DNA of 64,000 nucleotides from Bacteroidota bacterium (GTDB lineage Bacteria; Bacteroidota; Bacteroidia; Bacteroidales; FEN-979): NCBI GenBank assembly GCA_037133475.1, contig JBAXOB010000017.1, positions 5,092 to 69,091 of the forward strand, read 5' to 3'. Shown piece by piece: positions 36,446 to 45,584 of this stretch (position 1 is its first letter; each line of letters starts with the position of its first letter). The notes under the pieces were generated by a model. It saw only the letters and a program-made list of their open reading frames with translations, ran no database searches and was not told where the DNA came from. The position numbers and the translations under genes were made by a program.

Positions 36446-39265
36446 ATGAAAACCAGGAGAATTTTGCTATTATCAGCGGCTGTTCTCTGTTTGCCTTTCA
36501 TGGTTTTCTGCAAGGGTGTTTCCTACAAAACGGCTATGCAGGCTGCAGGGAATTTCGCCATTCAACACGGCTATCCAGGCATAATCCTTTCTTCGAAGGA
36601 TACCCTGGGAATTCTATCGGGCGAAATATCCCTTTTATCGAAAAAAACACCCCTCTGTTACGAGTTTCAGCTGAAGAACCAACAGGGCTTTATCCTCATG
36701 GGAGCCGATGACAGGTTCACCCCGGTACTGGGTTATTCCTTTTCAGGTAATGGCGGCAGTTCGAAAGTCCCCCCGGCATATACTGGTTTCATCCAAGATA
36801 TGGAACGGGAAATGCTGCAGGTGATTAACGGAAACACCTTACAGGATGAAGCGGCCAGGCATCAATGGCAGCAGTTGCTGGCATTCCCGTTTGTTCCGAA
36901 AAAGTCTCCAGCCGACCAGCTGCCGCTGATTTCATCGCGATGGGACCAGGGATGTTTTTACAATGCCGGATGTCCCAACGATACCGTTGCCAAAACAAGC
37001 TGCCTGCATGCCCTTGCCGGGTCGGGTGCCATCGCCATGGCCCAGATGGTGAAATTTTACAAATATCCCGCCCACGGCGCAGGCGAACACGGGTATGTCC
37101 ATCCGAAATATGGGATCCAGTATGCGAACTTCGGGGCAACCAACTACGACTATACTTTGATGCCGGATACTTTAACAGGTCTCAACGATATGGTTTCCAA
37201 ACTGATTTACCAGTGCGGGGTTGCACAGAATATGGACTATGCCGTTTTGAATTCCGGTTCCGATTCAACCCTGGTGGATACCGCCCTGGTCAAATACTTT
37301 ACCTATCCCTCCAGTGCGGGGTGGAAATGGCGGGCCGATTTTTCTGTGGCGACCTGGATGGCGATGCTGAAAACCGAACTTGATGCTTCACACCCGCTGC
37401 TTTATCATGGCAGCGATAGCGGAACCGGTGGCGGTTATTTTATCTGCGACGGCTACCAGGGCGCCGATTTCTTCCACTTCAACTGGGGTTGGGGGGGAGC
37501 GTATGATGGCTATTTCTACCTAAACAACCTTGCCCCGGGGGTAAATAATTTCACCTCATCGCAGGGAGCCATTTTTAACCTGGCCCCGGTTCCCCCGGTT
37601 CCCGACACCTACACCATGGACTTCGAATCAGTTCCCGATTTTTCCCTCACGTTCAATGACTGGACGGTGAATGATGTGGATAAGCAGGATACCTATGGCC
37701 TTTCGAACCATACCTTTCTCCACCAGGGACAGCCGATGGCGTTTTTATGCTTCAACCCCGCACAGGTCGTCCCGTCGATGGCTACGGACCAGGCGATTCA
37801 GCCTCATGGCGGCCAGAAATTCGGGGCCTGTTTCAACTCGAATCCCCCCTCCAATAACGACTGGATTATCTCTCCCAGGATCCAGCTTGGGGTCAACGGG
37901 AATTTCTCCTTCTGGACCAAATCCTACACGGGTGCCTTTGGCCTCGATAACTATACCGTGGCCGTTTCAACCACCGGTAACGACCCGGGGAGTTTTACCG
38001 TTATCTCAGGCGGGGCACCACTCCAGACAACTCTGACCTGGACAAAAAAGAGTTACAGCCTTGCCGCCTTCAATGGTCTGCAGGTCTATGTTGCCATACA
38101 TTGCGTTTCAAACGACCATTTCCTGATGATGATCGATGACCTGGCCGTGAAAACGCATGGCGCATCCACCCTGTCAGCCGATTTTTCAGCAGATAAAACC
38201 GTCGTGATGGCCGGCGACAGCATCAGTTTTTCGGATCAGTCGGGTGGCGGGCCCACCTCCTGGCACTGGACCTTCCCGGGAGCCACACCGGCAACTTCGG
38301 ATATGCAGAATCCGGCCAACATCAGGTACGAAGTCCCGGGAACCTACCTGGTGAAACTTAAAATCAGCAATGGCCCATCCGCAGATTCTGTAACCAGGTC
38401 GGGCTATATTTCAGTGATCGGTTATCCTTCGTCGATGTCGCTCGATTTTGAATCGCTTTCCGATTTTACCCTTTCATTCAACCCCTGGACCCTGCTCGAT
38501 GTCGGGGGAGGAAACACCTACGGGATCCTGCAGCAAAACGGTTTTCCCTATTCATTTCCTTACAGTTCGCAGCCAATGGCCTACATCTGTTTTAACCCCT
38601 CGAAGACAAACCCCGCCATGACCGACCTGCTGCCCCATGCGGGTCAGAAACTGGGTTGCTGTTTTTCATCCATGCCCCCCAACAACCCCAACAATAAATG
38701 GCTGATAACACCCAGGATGAGCCTTGGTAAAAGTCCCGTGATCAGCTTCTGGGTTAAAACATACGATGCCCTGTACGGCAACGAGATGTATAATGTGGCG
38801 GTTTCCACCACCAATCTTAGTCCTGCCAGTTTCACCAAACTGACACCGGTCCCCGCATCAGCCCCGGCCGACTGGACATTCCGAAGCTACGATCTTACAG
38901 ATTATGTTGATAAAAATGTATATATTGGCATCCAGTGCGTGACCGACACAGGCTTTATCTTCATGATCGACGACATTTCGATCACCTCCACCCTTGGTGT
39001 GAATACCAAGGGAACCCGGGATACTGTCGTTGTTTACCCCAACCCGTGCCGGGATATGGTGACGCTGTTGTACCCCGTATCGCATCCGCAGCCCTTGTCC
39101 GTTGATATGGTCAATGGTATGGGATTAGCCGTAAGATCATGGCATGAACCGTTGTTTGGTGGTTCGGTCAGGCTGGATGTCAGCAACCTTCCCGTTGGGA
39201 TTTATCTGCTCAGGATTTCACAGGGAAAAGAAAACATAATCAGGAAACTATCCATCATAAATTGA
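36446..39265 (+). CDS. T9SS-secreted C10 (streptopain-like) domain protein with substituted catalytic dyad, two cleaved-adhesin/MAM-like domains, a PKD domain and a type A CTD
   Basis: The C10 core is collinear with recalled SpeB. RWDQGCFYNAGCP aligns with HYNQGNPYNLLTP. LAGSGAIAMAQMVKFYKYP aligns with ATGCVATATAQIMKYHNYP. GGGYFICDGYQGADFFHFNWGWGG aligns with [24 protein letters not shown]. PKD segment ADFSADKTVVMAGDSISFSDQSGGGPTSWHWTFPGA. CTD VVVYPNPCRDMVTLLY...GIYLLRISQGKENIIRKLSIIN. Confidence 0.8.
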   Translation: MKTRRILLLSAAVLCLPFMVFCKGVSYKTAMQAAGNFAIQHGYPGIILSSKDTLGILSGEISLLSKKTPLCYEFQLKNQQGFILMGADDRFTPVLGYSFSGNGGSSKVPPAYTGFIQDMEREMLQVINGNTLQDEAARHQWQQLLAFPFVPKKSPADQLPLISSRWDQGCFYNAGCPNDTVAKTSCLHALAGSGAIAMAQMVKFYKYPAHGAGEHGYVHPKYGIQYANFGATNYDYTLMPDTLTGLNDMVSKLIYQCGVAQNMDYAVLNSGSDSTLVDTALVKYFTYPSSAGWKWRADFSVATWMAMLKTELDASHPLLYHGSDSGTGGGYFICDGYQGADFFHFNWGWGGAYDGYFYLNNLAPGVNNFTSSQGAIFNLAPVPPVPDTYTMDFESVPDFSLTFNDWTVNDVDKQDTYGLSNHTFLHQGQPMAFLCFNPAQVVPSMATDQAIQPHGGQKFGACFNSNPPSNNDWIISPRIQLGVNGNFSFWTKSYTGAFGLDNYTVAVSTTGNDPGSFTVISGGAPLQTTLTWTKKSYSLAAFNGLQVYVAIHCVSNDHFLMMIDDLAVKTHGASTLSADFSADKTVVMAGDSISFSDQSGGGPTSWHWTFPGATPATSDMQNPANIRYEVPGTYLVKLKISNGPSADSVTRSGYISVIGYPSSMSLDFESLSDFTLSFNPWTLLDVGGGNTYGILQQNGFPYSFPYSSQPMAYICFNPSKTNPAMTDLLPHAGQKLGCCFSSMPPNNPNNKWLITPRMSLGKSPVISFWVKTYDALYGNEMYNVAVSTTNLSPASFTKLTPVPASAPADWTFRSYDLTDYVDKNVYIGIQCVTDTGFIFMIDDISITSTLGVNTKGTRDTVVVYPNPCRDMVTLLYPVSHPQPLSVDMVNGMGLAVRSWHEPLFGGSVRLDVSNLPVGIYLLRISQGKENIIRKLSIIN

Positions 39266-39278
39266 AAAAAAGAGGCGT

Positions 39279-40943
39279 ATGAAAAGAAAAATTCTTATGA
39301 TTTTAGGGTTCGTCCCGGTATTCATCCTTTTATTTCCCGGCATCCTTTCCGCGCAGCTGAGCCAGGGAGGTATACCCAGGAGTTTTTCCCAGGCAATGGC
39401 CTCCGACACGACGGCAAGTGTTTCTGTTGCCCCGCCTGCAACCGGTGTGTTATCTGCCGAAGATGCCGTTAAACCGGTTCCTTACCGTTTCTCGGTAAAC
39501 ATTCCTGTGAACCTGGGAATGGGTATTTCAGGGTATTGGAGTAAAGCATCCGGCGGTACAAAGGTCTGGCGGCTGAATATCAGCTCGGCCGGAGCCCTCG
39601 CCCTGACCCTCTTTTTCGACCGTTTCAGAATCCCAGAAGGAGGTCGCCTGTTTGTTTACAACCCGCTCAGGACGCAGGTGATCGGCGCTTTTACCGCTGC
39701 AAACAACAATACCATGCAAACCTTTGCCACCGCCTTGATCTATGGGGATAAACTCACACTGGAATATGATGCTCCCGAAGGCCTTGCACTTCCCGAACTG
39801 CATGTTTCCGAAGTTGCCTATGCCTACCGCGGGATTTCCGAATATTCAGGGTTGAAAACAGGTTTCGGGGGATCAGGCAAATGCGAGGTAAATGTGAACT
39901 GCACAGAAGGAAATCAATGGCAACCGGAAAAGCGCAGTGTCGCCAGGATCATGGTAAAACGCGGCACCGCGAGTTTCTGGTGTACGGGTTCCCTGGTAAA
40001 CAATACCCTCAACGATGGAAAACCCTACCTGATCACTGCCGATCATTGCGGGAACCAGTCAAGTGCGACAGACCTGAGCCAGTGGATTTTTTATTTTAAC
40101 TATGAAAGCGCCGATTGTGCCAATCCATCCAATGAACCGACGCTGAAGTCTATGACAGGGGCCAGCCTGGTCGCGCATGGGGGAAACAGCGGTACGACCG
40201 GTTCCGACTTTTATCTGGTGCTTTTAAACAATGAAATACCCAGTATTTACCACCCCTTTTTCAATGGATGGAACCGTGACCCCATGGTCGCAAGCCCGTC
40301 GGGAGCCGGTATACATCACCCTGAAGGAGATATCAAGAAAATTTCAACCTACACCCAGCCCCTGCAGCCCTCCAACTGGAACGGGGGTTCGAAAGTGTCG
40401 CACTGGATGGTTACCTGGTCTGAAACATTGCACGGACACGGCACCACCGAGGGAGGCTCCTCCGGATCGCCTCTTTTTGACAACCAGGGCAGGCTGGTCG
40501 GAACCCTCACGGGAGGTCAGTCATCGTGCGACTCCGTGGCCCTGAATTCTCCCGATTATTATGGCCAGTTTGCCTATCACTGGGATCAGAATGGGACCGA
40601 TTCCCTCAGCGTGCTGAAATACTGGCTTGACCCGAATAATTCAGGGGTTATGTCGTTGGGAGGATTTTCATTATCGGTCGATGAAACAACCCCTGCCACC
40701 TCGGTTTCCGTTTTTCCAAACCCGGTAACCGATATGCTTACGGTAACTGTTTCAGGGCCATCCGGCGGCCAGATATCGGTCGTCATCACGGATCTTTGGG
40801 GCAAACAGCTGTTGAAAAGCAACTTCAAACCCTTGAAAAACAATCAATATCAAATAAATATGGCAAGTCTTGCCGACGGGATGTACCTGGTGAAAATATT
40901 GGCAGGGGAAAAGCAGGTAATCAGGAAAATCATCAAAAAATAG
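39279..40943 (+). CDS. Lysyl endopeptidase-like S1 serine protease with type A T9SS CTD
   Basis: CTGSLVNNTLNDGKPYLITADHCG (His), GSDFYLVLL (Asp) and TTEGGSSGSPLFDNQGRLVGTLTGGQSSC (Ser) match the Achromobacter protease I family. CTD VSVFPNPVTDMLTVTV...GMYLVKILAGEKQVIRKIIKK. It starts 13 nt after the upstream stop. Confidence 0.85.
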   Translation: MKRKILMILGFVPVFILLFPGILSAQLSQGGIPRSFSQAMASDTTASVSVAPPATGVLSAEDAVKPVPYRFSVNIPVNLGMGISGYWSKASGGTKVWRLNISSAGALALTLFFDRFRIPEGGRLFVYNPLRTQVIGAFTAANNNTMQTFATALIYGDKLTLEYDAPEGLALPELHVSEVAYAYRGISEYSGLKTGFGGSGKCEVNVNCTEGNQWQPEKRSVARIMVKRGTASFWCTGSLVNNTLNDGKPYLITADHCGNQSSATDLSQWIFYFNYESADCANPSNEPTLKSMTGASLVAHGGNSGTTGSDFYLVLLNNEIPSIYHPFFNGWNRDPMVASPSGAGIHHPEGDIKKISTYTQPLQPSNWNGGSKVSHWMVTWSETLHGHGTTEGGSSGSPLFDNQGRLVGTLTGGQSSCDSVALNSPDYYGQFAYHWDQNGTDSLSVLKYWLDPNNSGVMSLGGFSLSVDETTPATSVSVFPNPVTDMLTVTVSGPSGGQISVVITDLWGKQLLKSNFKPLKNNQYQINMASLADGMYLVKILAGEKQVIRKIIKK

Positions 40944-40970
40944 GGTGGAAACTGTCTGACCACCCCTTTG
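40943..40970 (+). terminator. Weak hairpin after the protease gene
   Basis: GGGTGG (40943-40948) pairs with CCACCC (40960-40965), with an 11-nt loop, followed by CTTTG. The T-tract is short. Confidence 0.3.
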
Positions 40971-41004
40971 ATAATATTCATCAGAAAAGAAAACGAATCT
41001 ACGA

Positions 41005-42138
41005 ATGGCTGAAGAAGAATTGCTGACGATCATTAATTCCGCCGATATCCCGGGTCCTTTAAGGGAGATTGCCCGGAAGATTACAGGCGGGCAGCGTATT
41101 GGCAAAGAGGAGGGGGTAGCGCTGTTTGCCTCGGGGGAGCTGGGTTTCCTGGGGATGCTTGCCTCCCATGTCTGCCATCTGAAAAACGGGGACAATGCCT
41201 ATTTTATCAGGAATTTCCATATCGAACCTACCAATATCTGCGTGAACAAATGCCGGTTTTGTTCCTATTCGCACCATTTCAGCGCGACCCGGTGGGAACT
41301 GTCCGTTGACGAGATTCTCGATAAGGTAAGGAGCCAGGAACCGGATGTTTCCGAACTGCATATTACCGGGGCGGTTCATCCTGACCGCGATATCCATTAT
41401 TACGGGGATCTTCTGCTCAGCATCAGGGCCGAAAGGCCTGCCCTGCATGTGAAGGCATATTCCGCAGTGGAGCTGGATTACATGATTAAAAAGTCAGGGA
41501 TGACCATTGCCGAAGGATTGAGTTACCTGAAATCCTGCGGGCTTGGTTCCATCCCGGGCGGCGGGGCTGAAATTTTTGACGAGACGATCCGCAAGGAGAT
41601 TTGCGGCATGAAATCCACCTCCGCCACCTGGCTTGAAATTCATGAAACCGCACACAACCTGGGCATCCCGTCGAATGCGACCATGCTCTACGGACATATG
41701 GAGAACTACCTCCAACGGATGGATCATCTTGAACGCCTGCGCCAGTTGCAGGACCGTACCGGCGGATTTAATGCCTTTATCCCGCTTAAGTTTCACAATA
41801 ACAACAATGCCATGTCGGATATCCCTGAAGTGTCGGTGGTCGAGGATATGAAGATGTATGCCGTGGCGAGGCTGTTCCTCGATAATTTTCCGCATATCAA
41901 GGCATACTGGCCTGCCGTTGGCCGGAAACTTGCCCGGATATCGCTCTCCTTCGGCGTTGATGACCTCGACGGGACCATCAACGACTCCACGCAGATCTAC
42001 TCGCTTGCCGGGGCTGAAGACCAAAATCCCGTAATGACCGTTTCCCAGATGACGGCCATGATCACGGAGGCCGGGAGAATACCCGTCGAACGCGACTCTT
42101 TTTACAATAAACGCGTTGATGTTGTGACTGCATCCTAA
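41005..42138 (+). CDS. Radical SAM enzyme of the MqnE/MqnC/CofH family (aminofutalosine synthase or cyclic dehypoxanthinyl-futalosine synthase)
   Basis: Cluster motif TNICVNKCRFCSY (CxxxCxxC), plus GSIPGGGAEIFDETIRKEI, NATMLYGHMENYLQRMDHLERLRQLQDRTGGFNAFIPL and DDLDGTI. The NFHIEPTN context looks more MqnE-like from memory. It is not a ThiH-type YLSNxCxNxCxYCGF motif. Confidence 0.75.
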   Translation: MAEEELLTIINSADIPGPLREIARKITGGQRIGKEEGVALFASGELGFLGMLASHVCHLKNGDNAYFIRNFHIEPTNICVNKCRFCSYSHHFSATRWELSVDEILDKVRSQEPDVSELHITGAVHPDRDIHYYGDLLLSIRAERPALHVKAYSAVELDYMIKKSGMTIAEGLSYLKSCGLGSIPGGGAEIFDETIRKEICGMKSTSATWLEIHETAHNLGIPSNATMLYGHMENYLQRMDHLERLRQLQDRTGGFNAFIPLKFHNNNNAMSDIPEVSVVEDMKMYAVARLFLDNFPHIKAYWPAVGRKLARISLSFGVDDLDGTINDSTQIYSLAGAEDQNPVMTVSQMTAMITEAGRIPVERDSFYNKRVDVVTAS

Positions 42139-42150
42139 CAAACAACCTGT

Positions 42151-42765
42151 ATGACCTTTGAACAGATTACGGAACGGCTGAAGGGTAAAAGGGTGGGGAT
42201 TGCCGGTTGCGGCGGGTTAGGCTCCAACTGCGCCGTCGCCCTTGCCAGGGTTGGCCTGGGAAGCCTGGTTATCGCCGACTTTGATGTTATTGTTAAAAGC
42301 AACCTGAACCGCCAGTATTTTTTTGCCGACCAGGTAGGTGCCAAAAAGGTTTCCGCTCTGATGGAAAACATCCGGAGGATTAATCCCGGTGTTACGGTAA
42401 TTGGATACGACCTGAAGCTGACACCCGAAAATATCCCCGCTATTTTCGCGGGTTGCGATGTGATCGTGGAGGCGTTCGACCTGGCAGGGGAAAAGGCCAT
42501 GTTCATAGAGACCATCCTGACTGTTTTTCCTGCATTGCCCCTTGTGGTCGGACTCGGAATGGCAGGGTGGGGGATGAATGATGAAATCCACTGCCGCAGG
42601 GCTGATAACCTGTATATCTGCGGCGATGAAGTTTCGGAGATTGATCCCGGACTGCCGCCGATTGCGCCGAGAGTGGGCATGGTCGCCAATATGCAGGCGA
42701 ACGTGGTGCTGGAATTGCTGTTAGGTACCATGCACACAGAGAATCCCTTTGTGAACGCCGTGTAA
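42151..42765 (+). CDS. thiF: Short ThiF-family E1-like adenylyltransferase (thiF family 2 type, ~200 aa)
   Basis: KRVGIAGCGGLGSNCAVALARVGLGSLVIADFDVIVKSNLNRQYFF gives the nucleotide-binding GxGxxGS followed by the NLNRQ motif. It starts 12 nt after the radical SAM stop. Confidence 0.75.
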   Translation: MTFEQITERLKGKRVGIAGCGGLGSNCAVALARVGLGSLVIADFDVIVKSNLNRQYFFADQVGAKKVSALMENIRRINPGVTVIGYDLKLTPENIPAIFAGCDVIVEAFDLAGEKAMFIETILTVFPALPLVVGLGMAGWGMNDEIHCRRADNLYICGDEVSEIDPGLPPIAPRVGMVANMQANVVLELLLGTMHTENPFVNAV

Positions 42766-42876
42766 ATCATGCTGAACTTCTTGGATGGATTAACGGTTGG
42801 CGGAGGGAAGAGGATCTTATGAAAATCGACAATAAAATATACAGGCTAAGGAGCTTCCCGAATTAAATATTATCCT

Positions 42877-43080
42877 ATGAACATCAGGTTAAACAACAAC
42901 GATGAGGAGATCAGTACCGGAACACTTACGGTAAATGAACTCTTGAAATATAAGAACTTCACGTTCAAGATGCTGGTAATCAAGATCAACGGGGCCCTGG
43001 TGAAAAAAACAGACTATGATACCACCCTGGTCTGCGAAGGTGACGATGTACATGTGCTGCACCTGATATCGGGAGGCTGA
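42877..43080 (+). CDS. thiS: ThiS/MoaD-type sulfur carrier protein (67 aa, C-terminal Gly-Gly)
   Basis: The 67-aa ORF ends ...VHVLHLISGG immediately before the stop. INGALVKKTDYDTTLVCEGDDV is typical of the ThiS beta-grasp. Confidence 0.75.
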   Translation: MNIRLNNNDEEISTGTLTVNELLKYKNFTFKMLVIKINGALVKKTDYDTTLVCEGDDVHVLHLISGG

Positions 43081-43130
43081 ACCGGATTGCTGACTGGTGC
43101 TTCAGCTTGTTTTTTCCCCCTGAGGGATTT

Positions 43131-44429
43131 TTAAACAACTTCGGCCACGACAAAGGTACTTCCTCCGACAAATACAAGATCGCCGGCAGTGGCATCTTCA
43201 CGGGCCGCCTCCAGCGCCTGTGCCACCGATGAATAGGATTCACCGCGGAGCCCTGCCTCGTTTGCCTGTAAGCGTAATTCCCTGGCGTCGAGCCCGCGCG
43301 GAATATCAGGTTTGCAAAAGTAGTAGTCGGCGTTTTTCGGCAGCAGGTTGAGAATAGGGGCAAGGTGCTTGTCGTTAACCACGCCAAAAACGATGTGCAG
43401 CCGTTGGTGCGGTGTAAGGGCTATCTGTGCCAGCACCTCCCTCAACCCGCTTTCGTTGTGGCCGGTATCGCAAATCGTAAGCGGTTCACGGGAAAGGATC
43501 TGCCAGCGACCCGCTAACCCGGTATTGACAAGGACATTCCTGATCCCTTTCCTGATAACCGGCAGTGATAGCCCGAAGCCCAGGTTATTCAGTATGTCGC
43601 AGGCGGCCATGACAGTCTGGATGTTTTTTAGCTGGTACAGGCCGGTAAGCGGGGATTCCAGGCGGCCGGCAACCAGGGTGCCATCTCGGTAAATATCAAG
43701 CTGTCTGACGCTTTCGGCTCCGGAATATTCCGGCTGAAGCATCTCCGCCCGGTAATGTTGATCGGCAAAGAGGATTTCAGAGAAGCAGCCGGCAGCCTTT
43801 TCCCGAAAAACCGGAGCTACCTCCTCCTGGGTCTCCCCGACAACGACGGGTATCCCCGGCTTGATGATCCCAGCCTTCTCGGCGGCGATCTCCCTCAGGC
43901 TGTTTCCCAGCAACTGCATATGATCGAAACTGATATTGGTGATCACTGAAACTTGGGGGGTGACGATGTTGGTCGAGTCGAGTCTTCCACCCAAACCAAC
44001 TTCAATTACGGCAATCTCCACCTTCTGCTCCCTGAAATAGTCAAAGGCCATCCCGACTGTCAGTTCGAAAAACGACGGCCGGATCGCCTCCGACGCCTCC
44101 TGGTATCTTGCCATAAACCTCGTCACCGCTTGTTTGGCGATCATTTTCCCGTTAACCCTGATGCGTTCACGGAAATCCTTCAGGTGGGGAGAGGTGTAGA
44201 GTCCCGTTTTAAACCCGGCGGTTTGAAGGATGGATGCCAGCATATGCGATACGGATCCCTTCCCGTTCGTTCCGGCCACATGTATCGTGCGAAACGATTC
44301 CTGCGGGTTGCCAAGCAACGCACACAGGGCGACGGTATTGTCAAGGTCGGCCTTGTATGCCTGGACCCCCACCCGGTGATACATGGGAAGCTGGGCAAAC
44401 AGGTATTTAAGGGTGTTTTGGTAGGTCAT
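43131..44429 (-). CDS. folC: Bifunctional folylpolyglutamate synthase / dihydrofolate synthase
   Basis: HVAGTNGKGSVSHMLASILQTAGFKTGLYTSPHL (Mur ligase P-loop with the FolC context). Length 432 aa. Confidence 0.85.
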   Translation of the reverse strand: MTYQNTLKYLFAQLPMYHRVGVQAYKADLDNTVALCALLGNPQESFRTIHVAGTNGKGSVSHMLASILQTAGFKTGLYTSPHLKDFRERIRVNGKMIAKQAVTRFMARYQEASEAIRPSFFELTVGMAFDYFREQKVEIAVIEVGLGGRLDSTNIVTPQVSVITNISFDHMQLLGNSLREIAAEKAGIIKPGIPVVVGETQEEVAPVFREKAAGCFSEILFADQHYRAEMLQPEYSGAESVRQLDIYRDGTLVAGRLESPLTGLYQLKNIQTVMAACDILNNLGFGLSLPVIRKGIRNVLVNTGLAGRWQILSREPLTICDTGHNESGLREVLAQIALTPHQRLHIVFGVVNDKHLAPILNLLPKNADYYFCKPDIPRGLDARELRLQANEAGLRGESYSSVAQALEAAREDATAGDLVFVGGSTFVVAEVV

Positions 44430-44474
44430 CGGTGATGCAGGTAAGATGAATAAGGGTGAAGGTAATATTCAATG

Positions 44475-45584
44475 TCAATAGATGGCTCCTGAACTGGAGT
44501 CCGTGGCCGCTCCTGTAACACTCCGGAGGCAGTTAGCTTCGTTGCGCCATCGCCTTAACCCCAGGAAGGCAAAGATCAGGGCCTCCTTGTAGTTGATGGT
44601 AAGATTGTCGGGAAGGATGATCTCGGGAGAGCAAAGATGACGTATCCGTTCAACCAGGAACCGGTTAAAGGCCCCGCCACCGGTGACCAGCATGGAGGAC
44701 CCCCTTTTTCCTTGCGTGGCCCTGGCCACCTGCATGGCAATATGTTCACAAAAGGTTGCCAGCAGGTCATTGACGGGCAGTTTCGAAGCAGTTAACAACG
44801 GATGAATATGCTGAATCACCCACTCTTTCCCGAGTGATTTCGGGAAGTCAAGATGATAATAGGGCAGGGCATTGAAGATGTCGAGCAAAGGCTGGTTTAT
44901 ACTTCCGCCTTTTGCCATCATCCCTTCGGGATCGTATTCATAACCAGCCTGCCGGGCCAAATGGTTCAGCACGATATTGGCAGGCGAGATGTCATAGGCA
45001 ATCCGCCTGTCTGCATGGTCACAGGATATGTTGGCAAATCCCCCGAGGTTCAGGCAAAAGGTGAAATCGCCGAACAGCAGCTTGTCGCCGATCGGTACGA
45101 GGGGGGCCCCCTGACCACCCAGGGCAACATCCTGCGACCTGAAATCGCAGATGACCCGAAGCCCGGTTTCGGCAGCAATCGCTGCGCCGCAGCCGATCTG
45201 GCAGGTTATCCCCTTTTCGGGCTGGTGAAAGATCGTATGCCCGTGCGACGCAATAAAATCGGGTTGAATGCCATGTTTCCCGATAAATTCCCTGGCGAGC
45301 CTGCCCAGCAGGTGGCCGTAACCGGTATCGGCCGTTACAAACTCAAGCGCCGTGCCTGACTCGATGGAAGCAAGGATCTTTTTCCATTGACCGGTATAGG
45401 GAATGGTTTCGGCACACCCGATCGTAAAGGACCAGCGGTCTTCACCGGGGGTGAATCCGCAACAGGCGATATCAAGCCCGTCGAGGCTGGTTCCTGACAT
45501 TAGTCCGATCACGTTGTATTGCACTGCGAAAAGATTTAAAGTTAATAATGGCTGGCCGTTACAGCTCGGCGACGAGTTTTTCAA
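44475..45584 (-). CDS. anmK: Anhydro-N-acetylmuramic acid kinase
   Basis: The IGLMSGTSLDGLDIA signature lies near the N-terminus. The annotated ATG gives a ~25-aa extension and a 26-nt overlap with the murF 3' end, so the true start may be slightly downstream. Confidence 0.8.
   Translation of the reverse strand: MKNSSPSCNGQPLLTLNLFAVQYNVIGLMSGTSLDGLDIACCGFTPGEDRWSFTIGCAETIPYTGQWKKILASIESGTALEFVTADTGYGHLLGRLAREFIGKHGIQPDFIASHGHTIFHQPEKGITCQIGCGAAIAAETGLRVICDFRSQDVALGGQGAPLVPIGDKLLFGDFTFCLNLGGFANISCDHADRRIAYDISPANIVLNHLARQAGYEYDPEGMMAKGGSINQPLLDIFNALPYYHLDFPKSLGKEWVIQHIHPLLTASKLPVNDLLATFCEHIAMQVARATQGKRGSSMLVTGGGAFNRFLVERIRHLCSPEIILPDNLTINYKEALIFAFLGLRRWRNEANCLRSVTGAATDSSSGAIY

Noticed and set aside
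41494-42770. Minus-strand ORFs 41494-42141 (215 aa) and 42135-42770 (211 aa).
   Set aside because: They are antisense to the radical SAM gene and to thiF, both of which have strong family motifs on the plus strand.
42766-42876. A TPP riboswitch upstream of thiS (and upstream of the radical SAM-thiF unit, 40944-41004).
   Set aside because: I could not find the conserved CUGAGA / ACCUGAUCUGGAUAAUGCCAGCG-type elements by eye. A covariance-model scan would be needed for certainty.
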